Shown: positions 28,001 to 38,113, numbered from the stretch's first letter. The stretch is DNA of 64,000 nucleotides from an uncultured bacterium (GCA_963696395.1 CAVOJZ010000002.1:70433-134432); one strand, 5' to 3'. A program made the numbers and translations. The notes: generated from the sequence alone by a model not told the origin.

Positions 28001-28444
28001 ATGTTTCGCTTATGGCGAAAAGCGTGCAAAAATGCGAGAATCTTTAGTATGCAAAAGCGGATTGTCCTATGGATATGGGTATTGCTCGCCATCTCGGCCA
28101 GCCTGGCGCTTTTTGTTTATATAAAAACGCTTCCGCCACCATTTGGCACGTACGATGCTTTTGCAAAATGCATAGCCTCCACGACCACAAAGTTTTATGG
28201 AGCGTTCTGGTGTCCTCATTGCCATAATCAAAAAAACTCCTTTGGTGATGCCTCCCAATATCTGCCGTATGTCGAATGTTCCACGCCGGACGGATCGGGT
28301 GAATTACCCGTATGCGTTGATGCGGGCGTAAAGAACTATCCGACGTGGGTATTTCCTGACGGCTCGCGCCTCACCGGGGAAACGGCGCTTGCCACACTTT
28401 CGCAGAAAACAGGCTGTCCGTTGCCAACATCAACCCACTCATAG
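28001..28444 (+). CDS. Membrane-anchored thioredoxin-fold protein (DsbA/VKOR-Trx-like, CPHC active site)
   Basis: TM anchor then FYGAFWCPHCHNQKNSF; probable real start at MQKRIVLW (about 28049). Confidence 0.6.
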   Translation: MFRLWRKACKNARIFSMQKRIVLWIWVLLAISASLALFVYIKTLPPPFGTYDAFAKCIASTTTKFYGAFWCPHCHNQKNSFGDASQYLPYVECSTPDGSGELPVCVDAGVKNYPTWVFPDGSRLTGETALATLSQKTGCPLPTSTHS

Positions 28445-28456
28445 TACGATTTTCTT

Positions 28457-29005
28457 ATGACTCCATTTGTCGCAAATGTAACCAACGTCCTTTCGCTCGT
28501 TATCGTCGCTTCCGATGCGCTCATCGTTTTCCTTTTACTGCTCTTGTTCACCCCGCTCAAACGCAGCCGCCGCGGAAAAGCCGTTTTGGCATTCTTTGGA
28601 TCGAACGCGATATTCTTTGCGCTCGTCGTGGCCATCGGATCGGTTGCGGGAAGTTTATTCTATTCGGAAATAGCGCACTTCGTCCCCTGTCTGCTCTGCT
28701 GGTGGCAGCGCGTCCTGCTCTATCCTCAGGCCGTTATCCTCTTTGTAGCACTCCTCGCCCGAGATGAACGGGTACGGAAATACTGCGCAACCCTCTCTGC
28801 GGGGGGCGTGCTCGTTGCCATTTACCACACCTATCTCCAGTTTGGCGGAAGCGACCTCATCCCCTGCTCGGCAACCGGCGTAAGCTGCGATAAAGTCTAT
28901 TTCCTGACCTACGGCTACGTGACCATCCCAACGATGGCGCTAACCGCTTTCGGCCTTATCTTACTCTTCTGCCTCATCCCGCACCCGCTGCACAGCGAGC
29001 GCTAA
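28457..29005 (+). CDS. Disulfide bond formation protein B (DsbB/BdbC family)
   Basis: Four TM helices; VPCLLCWWQRVLLYP (CxxC in periplasmic loop 1) and a second Cys pair CSATGVSC. Confidence 0.65.
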   Translation: MTPFVANVTNVLSLVIVASDALIVFLLLLLFTPLKRSRRGKAVLAFFGSNAIFFALVVAIGSVAGSLFYSEIAHFVPCLLCWWQRVLLYPQAVILFVALLARDERVRKYCATLSAGGVLVAIYHTYLQFGGSDLIPCSATGVSCDKVYFLTYGYVTIPTMALTAFGLILLFCLIPHPLHSER

Positions 29006-30192
29006 ACGAATCGGACAACGATTATTTCCGATTTGGTTCCAATCCTCAACGGCGGCCCCCACGTCCCGACGCCGCTCGAAGTATAGACCCACATATTCTT
29101 TAGTTTCTTAAGGCCGTAATCAAAGCCTTTATACATACGCCGCGTGATATATGAGAGCGGAAAAATCTGGCCTTGATGGGTGTGCCCGAAAAATCCTCCG
29201 GAAAACCCTTTTTGTTCGATAAGATCGAGATTGTCCGGTTCGTGTTTCACGATGATGCTCGGCAGATTCTTATCCAGCGTTAAACCGGCCAATACCGTTG
29301 CGAGGTCGTCGCGTTTGTGGACGGCGCGGTAGTCCACTCCGGCAAATTGCAGCCCTTCAATCACCGCGATCTCGTTATTGAGAATTTTTATCCCAGCCGC
29401 TTGTATCGCTTTCATGCAACGATCGAACTCCCCGTAGAATTCGTGATTTCCGGTGATATAATACACGCCGTGTTCGGGCTTCAAATCACGAAATGGCTCG
29501 ACGACCGCTTCAACGTCGCACTTCACGCCGTCATAAAGATCTCCGCCGATAAAAACGGCCGCTGGTCTCTCGGCATTGATTGCAGTCACAACTTTCCGCG
29601 CAAACGCGGCACCGCGAACTGCTCCAAGGTGGATATCGCTCACGAAAACCATCCGATGATCCTTCCAGTATAGCGGAAGGTTTGGAACTGACATTTCGAT
29701 TTTGCCTACGAGAGCCCTGCCGCTATTCCACGTTCCGTATAAATGCAGGAGAAAAAGCGCGCCGAAGCAGATGCCGCCGATCAATGCCGGATCGATATAT
29801 ATTGAGAAGTATTCGAAAATGACTTCCAGGATGAAAAATGCAACACCGCCCATAAATAAGAAATGGACCAGCCCGAACCAATATGCGGCGAACGTGTAAT
29901 ACCATTGCACCAGTCGATTGCGTGAAAAATATACAAAAACCGACGCGGTAACAAACGTGAATGAAAGCACGACAAAAGCCCACCACAATATCGCGCTTTG
30001 GAAACCGAATGCTGCCGTCACCGTGGCGTACACCGTGAGGTGCACAATGAGAAGCAAAGCTTCAAAGACGATGAGTGTCGGAATAAAGGTTAGGGGCATA
30101 TGGCTTGAAATTCTTAATCGGCGATTACGACATGATGTCCAACGGTTGCCTCTTTTGGCACGTTTATGAAAAACGCCAGAAATGCACCGCAT
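29002..30192 (-). CDS. Membrane-anchored calcineurin-like metallophosphoesterase
   Basis: Several N-terminal TM helices; phosphoesterase motifs VFVSDIHLG, GGDLYDG, ITGNHEF, GHTHQG. Likely starts at the internal MPLTFIPT (about 30099). Confidence 0.7.
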   Translation of the reverse strand: MRCISGVFHKRAKRGNRWTSCRNRRLRISSHMPLTFIPTLIVFEALLLIVHLTVYATVTAAFGFQSAILWWAFVVLSFTFVTASVFVYFSRNRLVQWYYTFAAYWFGLVHFLFMGGVAFFILEVIFEYFSIYIDPALIGGICFGALFLLHLYGTWNSGRALVGKIEMSVPNLPLYWKDHRMVFVSDIHLGAVRGAAFARKVVTAINAERPAAVFIGGDLYDGVKCDVEAVVEPFRDLKPEHGVYYITGNHEFYGEFDRCMKAIQAAGIKILNNEIAVIEGLQFAGVDYRAVHKRDDLATVLAGLTLDKNLPSIIVKHEPDNLDLIEQKGFSGGFFGHTHQGQIFPLSYITRRMYKGFDYGLKKLKNMWVYTSSGVGTWGPPLRIGTKSEIIVVRFV

Positions 30193-31619
30193 ATAACGAG
30201 AATAGCCGCGACTTCAAAAACATAGGCGTATCCGGCGACCTGCGCCTTCAAAATAATAAGCCCGACGAATTGCTGCATCGCTTGCGGCATGGCCGTGGGC
30301 ACAACGCCCTGCAATGCGCTGTTTTGTGAAATCGCGAGCACGTTTGAATTTATGGAGTTCGTGAGCAGTGTGCTGAAAATAGCAACGCCAAAAGCGCCCG
30401 AGATGTTACGAACGAGCGCAAGAATTGCCGAAGCCTCCCCGATGTCTTCGTGTGGCACAACTGCGGCGACCAGATTGGTGCGCTGAGCCATACCAAAGCC
30501 AAGACCGAATGCCAAAATAGACAACGGAATGGAAATCTGGAAGCCCGTAGAGCGTGGGTCGATGCCGGCGAGCATCAGCATCGCGAGGCCGGCGACGAAT
30601 GTGCTCGCGAAGATCACGTATGACGGCTTCACCCTTCCGATGAGCCGCCCGCCAAGCGGGGCTGCGATCATCATGGCAATGGCAAGCGGGATAAACAGGT
30701 ATCCGGTCTGCGTCGCGTCGTAACCGAGAAATGTTTCTGCGAAGATCGGGATGAGGAAAATCGACCCGATGAGACCCATGAAAACGATAAAATTATTTGT
30801 GAGCGTACTCACAAATGTGCCGATCTTAAAGAACTTCAGATTGACGATGGGCTCTGGTTCTCTTTGCTCGATCGCAATAAATACAACGGTGAAAACAATA
30901 ACGGAAACATAACATACAAGGCTTGCAGCCGATCCCCAGCCCCACGTTTGGCCCTGATCAAGAACAAGGGTAAGCGCTGAGAGTGCGGCGCCAAGCGTTG
31001 CCGAACCCCACCAGTCGAATTTTACGGTTCGCCGTTCCCCCACCGATTCGCTGATAAAGGTAATCGCCAGGAACAATCCGATCAGTCCGAGCGGAATGTT
31101 AATGAAGAAGACGGAGCGCCAGTTGAAATTATCGATTAACGGTCCGCCGATGAGCGGTCCGAAAACGGACGCCACAGCAAAGGCCGCAGACCATATGCCC
31201 AAAGCTTGGGCGCGTTCTTTCATATCTTCAAATGTCACCGCGATGATGGCCATCGCCGTCGGATAATCAGCCGAAACCGCAAATCCCTGAATGATGCGGA
31301 ATACGAGCATCGAACTCAAATTCCACGCAATAGCGCACAGAGCGGACGCGATGATGAAGCCGATGAAGCCGATCAGATACACCCGTTTCCGCCCGGCGGT
31401 GTCGCCAAGTTTGCCCCAAACCGGAACGAAAACTGCATTCGCCAAAATATAGGCGGTGGAAATCCAGGCTGCATCGGAGACGGAGATGCCAAAATCACCG
31501 ATGATTTTCGGAAGGGCGAGGTTGACGACCGTCTGGTCAAGACGACCGAGGAATGTTCCGAAGATGACGGTGCCAAGCACCCACCAGCGCCATTTATTGC
31601 TTGTCTCGTCGGTCGGCAT
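30114..31619 (-). CDS. MFS transporter, DHA2 (EmrB/QacA-like, 14 TM) drug efflux
   Basis: GRLDQTVVNLALPKIIGDFG..., motif A GKLGDTAGRKRV, 14 hydrophobic segments. Confidence 0.8.
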   Translation of the reverse strand: MPTDETSNKWRWWVLGTVIFGTFLGRLDQTVVNLALPKIIGDFGISVSDAAWISTAYILANAVFVPVWGKLGDTAGRKRVYLIGFIGFIIASALCAIAWNLSSMLVFRIIQGFAVSADYPTAMAIIAVTFEDMKERAQALGIWSAAFAVASVFGPLIGGPLIDNFNWRSVFFINIPLGLIGLFLAITFISESVGERRTVKFDWWGSATLGAALSALTLVLDQGQTWGWGSAASLVCYVSVIVFTVVFIAIEQREPEPIVNLKFFKIGTFVSTLTNNFIVFMGLIGSIFLIPIFAETFLGYDATQTGYLFIPLAIAMMIAAPLGGRLIGRVKPSYVIFASTFVAGLAMLMLAGIDPRSTGFQISIPLSILAFGLGFGMAQRTNLVAAVVPHEDIGEASAILALVRNISGAFGVAIFSTLLTNSINSNVLAISQNSALQGVVPTAMPQAMQQFVGLIILKAQVAGYAYVFEVAAILVICGAFLAFFINVPKEATVGHHVVIAD

Positions 31620-31625
31620 GCAGGG

Positions 31626-32273
31626 TTATGGTTTATACACCCAGATCCTGGCTGACATGCCGTTTTTCAATTCCGGATATTTTGACGGATCGAACCGAAC
31701 ATATACATCGAACTGATTTGTCGGCCGCTGATCCGAAATGTTAAATACCACGTCGGTCTGCCGCGACGTCGGGCTCACTTCATCCACCACTCCCTGATAT
31801 TGCTTTGAACCGAACGCATCAACGGTGAAAGTTGCCGGATCTCCAACGGCGACGTCCGCGAGTCCTTTGTTTTCGTCCAGATAGCCGACGACCCGAAGCT
31901 GCGTCGGATCAACCATGGTCGCAACGATTGCCTGACCGGTAAACGCATTCTCGTATTCCCCGAGGTTGTTGTCTATCGAAACGATTTGCCCGGCGGTTTG
32001 CGCCTTTACGATTTCGTTGCCGACTTCCGCGATCGGCTGGTCTACGGAAACCATATCGCCGGCTTTTACGAAAACAGCCTGAAGGTTGCCTGAATTGATC
32101 GGGGATAAATTGATGAGCGGCGCCTGGATAATGGACTGGTCAATGTATACGGTTTTATTTGAAACATAATAATACAAACCCGCGCCGATGCCGCCGACGA
32201 TAAGGATCACCACCATAATTACAACAATCGCTCTGCTGCGTCCTTTTTCTTTTTTGGGTTCGGTTTCAGCCAT
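31626..32273 (-). CDS. Short HlyD/EmrA-like periplasmic adaptor (no long coiled coil)
   Basis: N-terminal TM, then beta-barrel/lipoyl-like segments (GQIVSID...VVGYLDENKGLADVAVGDPATFTVDAF). Confidence 0.55.
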   Translation of the reverse strand: MAETEPKKEKGRSRAIVVIMVVILIVGGIGAGLYYYVSNKTVYIDQSIIQAPLINLSPINSGNLQAVFVKAGDMVSVDQPIAEVGNEIVKAQTAGQIVSIDNNLGEYENAFTGQAIVATMVDPTQLRVVGYLDENKGLADVAVGDPATFTVDAFGSKQYQGVVDEVSPTSRQTDVVFNISDQRPTNQFDVYVRFDPSKYPELKNGMSARIWVYKP

Positions 32274-32284
32274 AGTATTGGTAA

Positions 32285-33781
32285 TTAATAGCTGGTTAAT
32301 GTGTCCCCCGCATTCACGCCGGAAACGATCTCTGTTGTGCCATTGTCACCCGTGAGTCCAATCGTCACCTGTTGTTTCGTTGATTGCCCATCATGGGAAA
32401 CAAGCACAAAATAATTATTGCCTTCATTGATCACGAGATGGCTCGGAACGGTCACAACATTGTCATGCTCGCCAAGAATAATGTGCACGTTGCCGGTCAT
32501 GCCGTCTTTGATGCGACTGTCTGGATTTGTGAAATGCAATTCAACTTCGTATGATGGTGTGCTGTTCACCACGGTCTCCGCATTAGCAACCGTAGTGATT
32601 GTCGCCGGGAAAACCGTATCTGTGCCGAAAGCATCGAGCGTTACGTTTGCCGCATCTCCAGCCTTGATTTTTGCGACATCAGCTTCGGAAACATAGGTTT
32701 GCACTTTGAGACCGCTGCTATTGATAAGAGAAAGCATCGAAACGCCCGGCGAAACAACCTGCCCTATCACGGCGGTTAAGTTTTCAACGGTACCATCGAA
32801 TGGTGCGACGAGTTCAGCATGCTGCAGGGCGACCTCCGAACTTGAAACGGCCGCTTGCGCCTGAAGCACGGCGGCCTGCTGGGCCTCGATCTGCTGGGAA
32901 GTTGCGCCTGCTTCTGCGAGCGCAAGCTGGCCCTGGGCGGTCTGCAACGCCGCCTGAGTCGCAGTAAGGCCGGTAATGGCACCGTTTACCTCCGCGCGTG
33001 CCACTTCAACATTCGCTTTGAACCCGGCAAGTATGGCCGGCGTCACCTCCGAGTTTGCCGTTGCGCTGTTCACGGCAAGCGCCACCGTGTTCAAGTACTC
33101 TGAAATCTGCTGGAGGGTCTGGCCTGCAATTCCCGTGAGCGTCGCCTGGCTTGTGCCGGTTGCATTCGCTGCGGCATACCACGAAGAAAGCTCACCACCC
33201 ACTGCTATCCGACTGTTTTCGATATTGATGACGGTTTGGGAATTGGCGACAGGAACGATAAAGACCGGATTATTGGTATTCGGCGTGGTGAAAAAATTAT
33301 CGGTTTGCGTGTGAATCGCGTCATCGGCGGCGGTATACGCACTGCCAAGTGCGACCGAGAGCGATGCGGACGCATTCGAAACTGCAGTTTGATCAATTGA
33401 TAATTGCTCCGGCCGCGTTCCGCTTTGCAGGCCATCGAGCGTCGCTTGCGCCGCCGCCAATCCCGCATTGGCCTGGTTTACGGCCGCATTCAACGCGGAA
33501 GTATCGAGGCTCGCAAGAACCGTTCCCGCCCCGACCGAATCGCCCTCGCTTACATTGAGCGAAGTTATTTGCCCTGCCGTCTGAAATGAAAGCACGGCGC
33601 TCTTTTCGGTAAGCACGGAACCGGGTTCATCGAGCGACGCGGTGACATTGCCACGCGTGGCGGTCACGGTATTAAAAGTGGGCGCCTGACTGGAAGCGAC
33701 ATACCAATATGCACCGCCGCCGGCAAGAATGACAACAATCACAATGAGGAATATCCGATATTTCTTAAAAAATGTTTTCAT
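32285..33781 (-). CDS. Efflux periplasmic adaptor (membrane fusion protein) with long alpha-helical hairpin
   Basis: N-terminal TM; lipoyl half GQITSLNVSEGDSVGAGTVLASLD; long Ala/Gln-rich coiled coil; C-terminal beta domains (VPSHLVINEGNNYFVLV). Confidence 0.7.
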   Translation of the reverse strand: MKTFFKKYRIFLIVIVVILAGGGAYWYVASSQAPTFNTVTATRGNVTASLDEPGSVLTEKSAVLSFQTAGQITSLNVSEGDSVGAGTVLASLDTSALNAAVNQANAGLAAAQATLDGLQSGTRPEQLSIDQTAVSNASASLSVALGSAYTAADDAIHTQTDNFFTTPNTNNPVFIVPVANSQTVINIENSRIAVGGELSSWYAAANATGTSQATLTGIAGQTLQQISEYLNTVALAVNSATANSEVTPAILAGFKANVEVARAEVNGAITGLTATQAALQTAQGQLALAEAGATSQQIEAQQAAVLQAQAAVSSSEVALQHAELVAPFDGTVENLTAVIGQVVSPGVSMLSLINSSGLKVQTYVSEADVAKIKAGDAANVTLDAFGTDTVFPATITTVANAETVVNSTPSYEVELHFTNPDSRIKDGMTGNVHIILGEHDNVVTVPSHLVINEGNNYFVLVSHDGQSTKQQVTIGLTGDNGTTEIVSGVNAGDTLTSY

Positions 33782-34209
33782 GCGGTTTTAATATTTTTTG
33801 AAATTTTTTTGAGGATGGCAATCAGTTGGGTTCGTTCGCTCGCACTCAGGACAGAAAAAAGTTTTCTGAGTCGGTTAAGATGGGCATCGATTCCTTTTGT
33901 GAGATACCGATGGCCTGTTTCGGTCAACGCAAGACGGATCGCCCGGCGATCCTTTGCGTCATAAATCCGTTTGAGCAGCTTTTCCCGGACGAGAGCGTCA
34001 ATGAGAAGCGTCGCCGCCGGAGGCGTGATTCGGAAATAATTGGCAACATCCCGCATGTGAGGCCGGCCGTTTTCTTTTACGTAGCGCAAGGTCTCGAACT
34101 GCAGAAAAGAAGCTGATTTGTCCTTGGTGACGCTCTTTCGCATACTTTCCCGCAAGGAGCGTCCCACAACAAAAAGCAACGACAAAAGTTCTGAAATGCT
34201 TGATTCCAT
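33778..34209 (-). CDS. MarR-family transcriptional regulator
   Basis: Winged HTH HMRDVANYFRITPPAATLLIDALVREKLLKRIYDAKDRRAIRLALTETG. First gene of the MarR, two-adaptor, MFS locus; its stop overlaps the adaptor start. Confidence 0.75.
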   Translation of the reverse strand: MESSISELLSLLFVVGRSLRESMRKSVTKDKSASFLQFETLRYVKENGRPHMRDVANYFRITPPAATLLIDALVREKLLKRIYDAKDRRAIRLALTETGHRYLTKGIDAHLNRLRKLFSVLSASERTQLIAILKKISKNIKTA

Positions 34210-34233
34210 TAATAATTAGGTATCTTAACTATC

Positions 34234-36153
34234 TTAACGCAATTTCGCCGCGCGGACAAGTCCGGTGATAAGAACCTCTATGTCAATCGTGGCGACACCA
34301 ACGACGGCATCTGCGCCACCATAATATACGTATAACGTATCTTTTATTAGCACCGCGCCACAGGGAAAAACGACGTTCGAAACGACACCATTCTTCTCAT
34401 ATGCCATCTTTGGCTCAAGAAGCGGATCATGCGTTCGATAGAGTATTTTGGAAGGGTCGTCGCGATCCAGCAACGCGGCACGGACATTATAATGGCCGGT
34501 ACGCTTCGAAATGCCGTGATAGAAGCAGATCCAGCCGTACTCGGTCTCGATCGGCGGCGACGTGCCGCCAATGCGGCGCGAATCCCATGCGGTATCCCGC
34601 GGTCGCATCAATATCTTCCCGCCGAGGAATTTGGTTGTCCCGTCAAACGCAAGATCTGGAACGGCGTCGATCCAAATATCGGACCCGAGGCGATGCAAAA
34701 ACCAATATTTTCCTTTGATTTTTTTCGGGAACAATACCGCATCTTTATCGTCGAGACCCGGCGGCGAAATCAGAACCGGTTTGGCCCATTTCCAATCTCG
34801 TTTCAAAAAATTATCGACAGAAATGGAGGTAAATGCCACGCGTGGCGGCCCGTTTCCGTCAAATCCCGTGTAGCACATATAGATGGCATCGCCGATTTTC
34901 GTGAGCCGCGGATCTTCACATCCTGAATTACCTCCCGGAACCATTTTCTTTTCGAAGGCTTCGCGCGGAAGATACACCGGAACGCCCAGCCGTTCGTCAA
35001 TATGAAGCCCGTCGCGCGAAACAGCATACCCCATCACAGAGGTATTGTCGGCGCCCATGGCGCGATACAAAATATGCACCCGGTTCTTTTCATAAATCGC
35101 CGCCGGATTAAACGTCCCCACCGACTCCCAGGAATGTTCTTTGATGGGAACAATAATCGGATTTCCTTCAAAACGCGACAACTCCCGTTCGGCGGTGAAA
35201 ACGAGTTGCTCGAGCAGATCTTTTAATGGAATACTTGCAACGCACGACACCGTATCTGCGGCGCCATAATAGAGATAGGCTTCTTTTTTCATTATCAGCG
35301 CGCCCGACGGAAACACAATGTGCGGCACGCGGCCGTAATGCTCATACTCCTCTTCGGGAATGAGAAATGGCCGCTTCACTTCTCCTACGATCTTCTTCGG
35401 GTCATTGATGTCGAGCAAAGCCGCCTGCACGCCAAAGATTGCCGGGGGAGAAAAATAATTGTAGATATACGAGTAGAAAATGAGCCAGCCATTTTTGGTT
35501 TTTACCGGCTGTGAACCGACTTCGATCTGGTCGCGTTCAAAGTTTTCCTCGATGGGAACCACGTGCTCCTCCCATTCGGCATACCACTTCTTCCAATATG
35601 CCTCCGACCACATGTCTTCGATGCGGTCGAACAGGGCGAGCGCTATCTTTGCCGGCGGCTTGTCGGTGTGCACGGTAAGGATCGCCGCGATTTTGCCATT
35701 AATTCTTTCCGGAAAGAGCGCCATGGCTTTTGCGTTGAAAGGCGTCACCAAGTGCCTCTCCTCGATCGTCTTAAAATCCTTCGTGATTGCAACCGCAACT
35801 TTAATTCCTTCGGCGTTGAACTCCTGAACGGCCGTATAAAAAATAAAAAATCGGCCCTCGAACTCCGTGACTCGCGGATCTTCACAGCCAAAACGTTCCC
35901 ACGGGTATTGCGGCATGATGAGACGCGAGCGCTCTCCGAAGTGGATTCCGTCCTTCCCGACCGCATGGCCAATCGAAGAAATTTCGAGCTCAACATCCCC
36001 TACGCGCTGCTTCGGCGCAACCGCGCGGTACAACATATGCACTTTTCCTCCCGCTTCGACTACCGTCGGATTGTAAGCCCCAACGGCTTCCCATGGCGTT
36101 GTAGGATCCGGCAATAAGATCGGATTATTCGATAACCGTTTGATGAATGGCAT
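34234..36153 (-). CDS. Tandem GH130-like (DUF377 / mannoside-phosphorylase-like 5-bladed propeller) two-domain protein
   Basis: Two copies of the GCEDPR signature (RFGCEDPRVTEFEGRFFIFYTA and NSGCEDPRLTKIGDAIYMCYTGFDG), each in a separate ~300-aa repeat. Confidence 0.6.
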   Translation of the reverse strand: MPFIKRLSNNPILLPDPTTPWEAVGAYNPTVVEAGGKVHMLYRAVAPKQRVGDVELEISSIGHAVGKDGIHFGERSRLIMPQYPWERFGCEDPRVTEFEGRFFIFYTAVQEFNAEGIKVAVAITKDFKTIEERHLVTPFNAKAMALFPERINGKIAAILTVHTDKPPAKIALALFDRIEDMWSEAYWKKWYAEWEEHVVPIEENFERDQIEVGSQPVKTKNGWLIFYSYIYNYFSPPAIFGVQAALLDINDPKKIVGEVKRPFLIPEEEYEHYGRVPHIVFPSGALIMKKEAYLYYGAADTVSCVASIPLKDLLEQLVFTAERELSRFEGNPIIVPIKEHSWESVGTFNPAAIYEKNRVHILYRAMGADNTSVMGYAVSRDGLHIDERLGVPVYLPREAFEKKMVPGGNSGCEDPRLTKIGDAIYMCYTGFDGNGPPRVAFTSISVDNFLKRDWKWAKPVLISPPGLDDKDAVLFPKKIKGKYWFLHRLGSDIWIDAVPDLAFDGTTKFLGGKILMRPRDTAWDSRRIGGTSPPIETEYGWICFYHGISKRTGHYNVRAALLDRDDPSKILYRTHDPLLEPKMAYEKNGVVSNVVFPCGAVLIKDTLYVYYGGADAVVGVATIDIEVLITGLVRAAKLR

Positions 36154-37424
36154 TATATGGCTTTTCTTGGTTTTGCTTCAGGCTGCAATTTCGGTGACGC
36201 ATGACGCTGGAGGTCATCGAGAAAATGATCCAAGTCAGCCATGGCAACACAGGTCACCGAGTCGCTCCCTCCGTAATAAACGTACAATTCGTTGCTCTTC
36301 ACGATGGCTCCGCATGAATATACAATGCCCGATTTGAATCCGTTATTTTCATAATCGGTATCCGGCTCAAGAATCGGCTGGCGGGAACGGTACAAAATTT
36401 TAGTCGGGTCGTTTCCATCGAGAATCATTGCGCCCAGCTTGTAACGCCCCGGATCGCGGCCGTCAATGGCATGATAAAAAAGGAGCCATCCGAGCTTTGT
36501 CCTGATTGGCGGCGGCCCAGCTCCACGGACAAAACTATCCCACCGTTCGGGATGAGAAACGATGGTCCGATTGCTTTCAACGACCCGGCTGCCGTTCTCA
36601 AGGTCTTCCATGGTGTCAAAGTAATCAACCAGAATTTTCGGCGAAATACTGTGGAGGAGCGCGAATTTTCCGTTAATTTTTTCCGGAAACAGCATCCAGT
36701 TTTTATGGATTTCACCGGGCGGAGATATCAATGCCGGATTTTTCCAGTTCCATTTTTTCCGTAAAAAATCCTCGACAGCAATCGAGGAAAGCGCGATGCG
36801 AATCGAACCCCAACCGTCAAAAGCGGTGTAGGTGAGATAGATGCGGTCATCGATCATGGTGATCCGCGGATCTTCACACCCTCCATTCCACCCCCCGCCG
36901 GAACAATAGGCGGCCGGCGGAGCCTCCTTGCGAATCGCTGTAATTTTTTCGGTGGTCCGCGGAATATAGGCGGGCTCGGACAGGCGCTCGTTGATTGTGA
37001 CACCGTCATCGCTTGAAGCATATCCCAGAACAGAAACGTCATCGCCACCGATTGCGCGATACAAAAGATGTACTCGCCTATCGGCATACACCGCTCCAGG
37101 ATTGAATGTTGCTTTCATCTCCCAGAAATTATGTTGGCGCGGTTCTATGATTGGATTTTCTTCATGGCGACGGAGCGGCTGTTCGAAATGATCTTCGCGC
37201 TTGTCACGGACAATGCGTGCATCCCGGATCGCCTGCAAAAGCATCGCCCTTCGAGCGGCTTTCGATACGCGACTGCTAACCGGCTTAGGAATTTTCCCGG
37301 GTTTTTTTCCGGCAACGATGCGTTTTTTCGGAGCGGCTTTTTTTAAAGTCTTCTTCTTTCGCGACGCGGGAGTTTTCTTTTTTTGTTTTACAAGAGGCAT
37401 AGTGAATGACGCGCCCAAGAACAC
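36153..37424 (-). CDS. GH130-like single-domain protein with Lys-rich basic N-terminal tail
   Basis: NGGCEDPRITMIDDRIYLTYTAFDGWG; N-terminal KQKKKTPASRKKKTLKKAAPKKR low-complexity tail; start probably at MPLVKQ (about 37403). Confidence 0.55.
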   Translation of the reverse strand: MFLGASFTMPLVKQKKKTPASRKKKTLKKAAPKKRIVAGKKPGKIPKPVSSRVSKAARRAMLLQAIRDARIVRDKREDHFEQPLRRHEENPIIEPRQHNFWEMKATFNPGAVYADRRVHLLYRAIGGDDVSVLGYASSDDGVTINERLSEPAYIPRTTEKITAIRKEAPPAAYCSGGGWNGGCEDPRITMIDDRIYLTYTAFDGWGSIRIALSSIAVEDFLRKKWNWKNPALISPPGEIHKNWMLFPEKINGKFALLHSISPKILVDYFDTMEDLENGSRVVESNRTIVSHPERWDSFVRGAGPPPIRTKLGWLLFYHAIDGRDPGRYKLGAMILDGNDPTKILYRSRQPILEPDTDYENNGFKSGIVYSCGAIVKSNELYVYYGGSDSVTCVAMADLDHFLDDLQRHASPKLQPEAKPRKAI

Positions 37425-37554
37425 TCAAAAGACAGGGCTTCCCTTTGCTTCCATTATATATCGTTTTGATGAAATTTAATGAAAAACTGTGGATAATCCC
37501 GTTTTTATGCTAATATAATCTCGAAAAGAGCTAACGAAAACGACGACAAAAAAG

Positions 37555-38109
37555 ATGCCGCTTATAAATATCTTTAGACGATGGCTGCCGATTGCATTTG
37601 TTATCTGCTGTTTTTGCGGCCTAAGCTACCTCACCGTCCAGCAATCGTATCGCCAAACGGCGAATGATCCCCAAATTCAGATGGCAGAAGATGACGCAGC
37701 GGCACTGTCAGCGGGAACACCTTCCTCGACCATAATTCCGTCGGGGAAAATAGATATCGCTGGAAGTCTCGCGCCGTACGTTGTGGTGTATGACGAAACA
37801 GGAAAATCGGTCGCAGGAAATGGATATTTGGAAAATGCTCTGCCCTCGCTTCCCTCGGGAATTTTTGCCGCGGCACGCAACAACGGCGAAGACCGCGTAA
37901 CCTGGCAAGCTCGTCCTGGCGTCCGGAGCGCAATCGTCGTCACCCATATCAACGGAATGACCGGAGGGTTTGTGATGGCGGGCAGATCCCTTCGTGAAAT
38001 CGAAATGCGCGAGGACGCGCTCACGCTGGACACTGGCATCGTATTCGTCTTTGCAATCGTCGGAAGTTTTATACTGGTGGCGTTTGGGACTTTGTGGGAT
38101 AGAAAATAA
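37555..38109 (+). CDS. Hypothetical membrane-anchored protein
   Basis: N-terminal TM (WLPIAFVICCFCGLSYLTV) and C-terminal TM (IVFVFAIVGSFILVAFGTL). Confidence 0.4.
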   Translation: MPLINIFRRWLPIAFVICCFCGLSYLTVQQSYRQTANDPQIQMAEDDAAALSAGTPSSTIIPSGKIDIAGSLAPYVVVYDETGKSVAGNGYLENALPSLPSGIFAAARNNGEDRVTWQARPGVRSAIVVTHINGMTGGFVMAGRSLREIEMREDALTLDTGIVFVFAIVGSFILVAFGTLWDRK

Positions 38110-38113
38110 AAAA

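Noticed and set aside
34234-37424. Numerous 60-180-aa ORFs on the opposite strand of the GH130 genes (for example 35563..36117 and 36471..36764)
   Set aside because: All are embedded antisense within long, motif-supported ORFs; Arg-rich shadow frames are typical of GC-rich coding DNA.
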